NCBI GenBank assembly: GCA_036676395.1
Contig: JAKFCY010000003.1
Coordinates: 128,001 to 192,000, forward strand
Length of the DNA stretch: 64,000 nucleotides
Direction of reading: 5' to 3'
Source of the DNA: Bdellovibrio sp.
GTDB taxonomy: Bacteria > Bdellovibrionota > Bdellovibrionia > Bdellovibrionales > Bdellovibrionaceae
Numbering within the stretch: the stretch's first letter is position 1; the number at the start of each line of letters is the position of its first letter. Below, piece by piece: positions 60,745 to 64,000 of the stretch. The notes under the pieces are model-generated. The model searched no databases, was not told the DNA's origin, and saw only the letters and a list, made by a program, of their open reading frames with translations. The position numbers were made by a program, and so were the translations under genes.

Positions 60745-61605
60745 ATGAAAATATTCTTCCTAATCATACTTTTATCAGTGGCATCGGCTGCAGGATTTGT
60801 CTTCTGGCAAATTCCATCGCAAGAGACGATCAAGGGGTGTTTCAAAACATCAATGTACGGTATTGACCTATGCCCCACAGAAAAAACTTATGTTAAACTG
60901 AAAAATATTTCTTCTAAATTACAGCGCGCCATTTTGTTAACCGAAGATTCAGCTTTTTACACACATAAAGGGTTTGATGAAGAAGGTTTAACCCGTTGTT
61001 ACGAAAAACTAAAAGAAACTGGTAAAATCACTTGTGGTGGTTCGACGATCACCCAACAGCTGGCAAAAAATTTATTTCTCTACAAAGATAAAACGTTCGT
61101 CCGCAAAGGCTTAGAAGCTTTAATCACGATCAAGTTAGAAAAAACTCTGACAAAAAAAGAAATCTTAGAGCGCTATTTGAACGTCGTGCAATTTGGTAAA
61201 AATATTTACGGCGTAAAACAAGCGGCACTGTTTTATTTTAAAAAACACCCGTCTGAATTAGATGTGGTTGAATCGGCCTTTTTAGCTATGGTATTACCGA
61301 ATCCTGAAAAGTATTCACAAAGTTATTATCGTAAAGATCTGACGCGTTTCGCGAGAAAAAGGTTATCAGGCATTATTAAAGATATGCATCGCTATAAATC
61401 GCTAAGTGACGATGACTATTTTATGGCGATGGGAAAACTTGAATACTTTCTGACTGCAGGGCAAGCCACTATTAACACGGCCCCTGAAGAATTATCTTCT
61501 GAAGATTTAAATGAAATGTTAGACGGCGTTGAAGAAACCACGACTCCGGATGCAACGGCAACAGCTGAACCACCTACCGAAGCTGTCGAGCCGAGCAGTA
61601 ACTAG
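60745..61605 (+). CDS. mtgA: Monofunctional peptidoglycan transglycosylase (GT51)
   Basis: EDSAFYTH, GSTITQQLAKN, RKGLE, KKEILERYLN; no transpeptidase domain. Confidence 0.88.
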   Translation: MKIFFLIILLSVASAAGFVFWQIPSQETIKGCFKTSMYGIDLCPTEKTYVKLKNISSKLQRAILLTEDSAFYTHKGFDEEGLTRCYEKLKETGKITCGGSTITQQLAKNLFLYKDKTFVRKGLEALITIKLEKTLTKKEILERYLNVVQFGKNIYGVKQAALFYFKKHPSELDVVESAFLAMVLPNPEKYSQSYYRKDLTRFARKRLSGIIKDMHRYKSLSDDDYFMAMGKLEYFLTAGQATINTAPEELSSEDLNEMLDGVEETTTPDATATAEPPTEAVEPSSN

Positions 61606-62342
61606 TTTACTAATTTTTTTCTGAATAAGCGTAAGCCGATAAAGCTAAAGATCATTAAATATACGACGAGTACGGCAATATGACCCAGATCAATCCAGCC
61701 GATTTCTTTATACAATACGTTACGCACTAAACGTACAGCATGCGCTAAAGGAAAAATATAAGCCGCTGTTTTTAAATAGTACGGAATTTCATCAAGTGAA
61801 AAATAAGTTCCACTGATCATCGATAGCGGAACAATTACTCCTGATGTAGAGAAAACAAAACTATCGTAGTTTTTCGCAATCGAAATCATAATCATACCAA
61901 ATGATGCGAACACTAAACTTAATAAAAACAGAATCGGTGCAACGACGAAAAAGTTCGAATTAAATAAGCCAAATAACGAAGAAATTAAGAACACCCCTAA
62001 TACACCTAAAAATCCCTTAGTGGCTGCCCATAACATTTCACCGAAAAATATTTGTTGAGTTGAAACCGGAGTTAACAACATCGCAGCATAAGTTTTTTGA
62101 TGAGTCATTTTCGTGTAATTAGGATAAGTCGATTCAAAGTAGGCGACCATCATCGCCGTCGTACAAAGTAGTCCCGCAAAATAAAACTGCAAAAACGACA
62201 TGCCTTCGATTGAAGAAATGTAATGACCAAAGCCAAAACCAAATGCTCCTAAAAACATGAGAGGTTCAAGTGTTGTCCAAAATAAAGAGACGACAAATGT
62301 TTTACGAAAGAATAAAAAATTACGTAGCCAAACATTATACAT
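61602..62342 (-). CDS. ABC-2 type permease (NodJ-like)
   Basis: About six TM helices, EPLMFL, SGTYF, PLAHAV. Confidence 0.88.
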   Translation of the reverse strand: MYNVWLRNFLFFRKTFVVSLFWTTLEPLMFLGAFGFGFGHYISSIEGMSFLQFYFAGLLCTTAMMVAYFESTYPNYTKMTHQKTYAAMLLTPVSTQQIFFGEMLWAATKGFLGVLGVFLISSLFGLFNSNFFVVAPILFLLSLVFASFGMIMISIAKNYDSFVFSTSGVIVPLSMISGTYFSLDEIPYYLKTAAYIFPLAHAVRLVRNVLYKEIGWIDLGHIAVLVVYLMIFSFIGLRLFRKKLVN

Positions 62343-62344
62343 GC

Positions 62345-63265
62345 TTAGCTCTTTTCACGGATTTGATATCCGGCCAATTTTAAAAACACGTCATTTAAAT
62401 TCGCAGCCCGCACATAATAATGTGTGTTCTGAATATGACTTATAAAACTTTGTTTTGATTCGGTAGTTTCAAAAAAGATAAATATGTTGTCTTCATACTC
62501 TTGAAATTTAAGCCCTGCTTGTTCAACTTTACTTAACCAGTAGCCTTTTTCACTGCCGACATGAAGTTCGATCACTTCAGTACCTATATGCTTCAAGATA
62601 AGTTCTTTAGCTGTGCCCTGGTCTAAAATCACCCCATGATCGATCATAATAATGCGATCACAAAGGCGTTCAGCTTCTTCCATATAATGAGTCGTTAACA
62701 CCAGAGTTGTGTTATTCGCTTTTAAACGTTCAAAATAATTCCAAATCCATAAACGCGCTTGTGGATCAAGGCCCGTTGTTGGTTCATCCATTAGAATGAA
62801 TTGTGGTTTATGAATCAGTGCACGGGCGATGGCTAAACGACGTTTCATGCCGCCACTTAACGCTTCAACTTGTTTGTGCTTAAATTCAGATAATTTCATC
62901 TCAGCTAACAAATGTTCAGCTTGAGCATGCGCGAGATCGCTATCCATATTGTGATAGCGTGCGAACAATAATAAATTTTCAAGTGCGCTGAAGTCTGTAT
63001 CTAAGCAGTCGTCTTGTGGCACGACGCCGATGCGTGAACGAATTTGCGTAATATCATTTTTAGTATTTAAACCTAGAACTAATAATTCGCCAGCTGTCGG
63101 AATCACTTGGCCGTAGATCATTTTAATTGTGGTAGTTTTACCGGCGCCGTTAGGTCCAAGAATCCCGACGCATTCACCAGGCTTAATATCAAAAGAGATT
63201 CCGTTAACTACTGGAATACCGTCGTAATTTTTTTTAAGCCCAATGGCATTCAATGCTAAAGACAT
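62345..63265 (-). CDS. ABC transporter ATP-binding protein (NodI-like)
   Basis: GPNGAGKTT, GVVPQ, LSGGMKRR, DEPTTGLDPQAR, TTHYMEEAERLCD. Confidence 0.92.
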   Translation of the reverse strand: MSLALNAIGLKKNYDGIPVVNGISFDIKPGECVGILGPNGAGKTTTIKMIYGQVIPTAGELLVLGLNTKNDITQIRSRIGVVPQDDCLDTDFSALENLLLFARYHNMDSDLAHAQAEHLLAEMKLSEFKHKQVEALSGGMKRRLAIARALIHKPQFILMDEPTTGLDPQARLWIWNYFERLKANNTTLVLTTHYMEEAERLCDRIIMIDHGVILDQGTAKELILKHIGTEVIELHVGSEKGYWLSKVEQAGLKFQEYEDNIFIFFETTESKQSFISHIQNTHYYVRAANLNDVFLKLAGYQIREKS

Positions 63266-63396
63266 GACATAAGACTAACAGTGGATAAACCTAACAGCAA
63301 TTCCATGTTCGCCAATAACTTCCGGGGATTTTAAGTCCCTACCTTGGTCTTGATTACAAATCAAAATCTAGGAGTAAACGTGCAGAATCTAGATGG

Positions 63397-63507
63397 CTAA
63401 ATACTTTTAATAACTATGACAATCATTAAGATCATCATAATTAATCGCAAAATTTCTTTAGAAATACTTAAAAGGCGACGATAACGTAAATACTTTGGTT
63501 TACGCAT
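63397..63507 (-). CDS. 36-aa cationic/hydrophobic peptide, candidate type I toxin (below ORF-track cutoff)
   Basis: MRKPKYLRYRRLLSISKEILRLIMMILMIVIVIKSI*, preceded by AAGGAGG 6 nt before the ATG. Confidence 0.7.
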   Translation of the reverse strand: MRKPKYLRYRRLLSISKEILRLIMMILMIVIVIKSI

Positions 63508-63546
63508 GTCGAACCTCCTTCCGCAAATCGGAAGTTTGGCATAACT

Positions 63547-63588
63547 AAAAAGCTGTTAGGCTATCCGTCTAGCAGCTTTTGCATTTTT
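63547..63588 (+). terminator. Hairpin/terminator, candidate 3' end of an antisense RNA
   Basis: AAAAGCTGTTAG-GCTATCCGT-CTAGCAGCTTTT followed by GCATTTTT. Confidence 0.55.
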
Positions 63589-63600
63589 AAGGCCTTAAAA

Positions 63601-63634
63601 TAAAAAACCCGGTTATTACACCGGGTTTTTATTT
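63601..63634 (-). terminator. Rho-independent terminator after typA (bidirectional form)
   Basis: AAAAAACCCGGT-N6-ACCGGGTTTTTAT. Confidence 0.88.
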
Positions 63635-63659
63635 AACTGGGATTATAAATCGACACTAA

Positions 63660-64000
63660 TTAGTCTTTGTTAGATTTTGCTTGTTTAGGGCGTTTGTGTG
63701 GATCTAATTCTTTTAAACGTAGACGAATCGATTTTGGAGTCACTTCGATAAGTTCTGTTTCTTTGATCCATTCCATACCAAATTCTAAAGTCATTGGTTT
63801 AACTGGAGTAACACGAATTGCTTCGTCTGAACCAGACGCACGAACGTTCGACATTCTTTTTGCTTCTTGAATGTTAACGATCATATCGTTGTCTTTAGCA
63901 TTTTCGCCTACGATCATACCTTCGTAAACAAGGTCGCCGTCATTCACGAACATTCTGCCACGTTCTTGCTTATTCCAGATCGAGTAAGCATTTGCTTCAC
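63660..64000 (-). CDS. typA: Translational GTPase TypA/BipA, C-terminal part (truncated by window end)
   Basis: QERGRMF, VYEGMIVGEN, NVRASGSDEA, EVTPKSIRLR. Confidence 0.93.
   Translation of the reverse strand, partial: EANAYSIWNKQERGRMFVNDGDLVYEGMIVGENAKDNDMIVNIQEAKRMSNVRASGSDEAIRVTPVKPMTLEFGMEWIKETELIEVTPKSIRLRLKELDPHKRPKQAKSNKD

Noticed and set aside
1..64000. CRISPR arrays, tRNA, rRNA, prophage, known defence systems
   Set aside because: No regularly spaced repeats, cloverleaf or rRNA signatures, or phage/defence motifs seen by eye; dedicated tools were not run

Overview
AT-rich bacterial chromosomal segment. Gene content suggests a Bdellovibrionota (Bdellovibrio/Pseudobdellovibrio-like) organism; this is an inference from the TIGR02147-like and DUF4360-like genes and the many orphan secreted proteins. 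Housekeeping blocks: a FIST + histidine kinase pair, an interrupted leucine-catabolism (liu-type) cluster, RNase P RNA, a speD-speE fusion with sodB, glpD, pepP, xseA-xseB-ispA-tlyA, an Rrf2-sufBCDS-nfu operon, tolQRAB, two cyclophilins, mtgA, a NodIJ-like ABC pair and the 3' end of typA. No CRISPR array, rRNA, tRNA or intact IS was seen. Most notable items not explained by the ORF track: (1) a 36-aa cationic/hydrophobic peptide gene at 63397-63507 whose 5' and 3' flanks are complementary and which has an opposite-strand terminator, i.e. type I toxin-antitoxin architecture; (2) a tandem-duplicated two-gene module of a large HExxH lipoprotein plus an overlapping small partner (34719-39967); (3) a probable 6S RNA; (4) four sigma-54-type promoters, one in front of a RAYT-like HUH gene; (5) several apparently inactivated enzyme homologues. 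All family assignments are by visual motif recognition; no searches were run.
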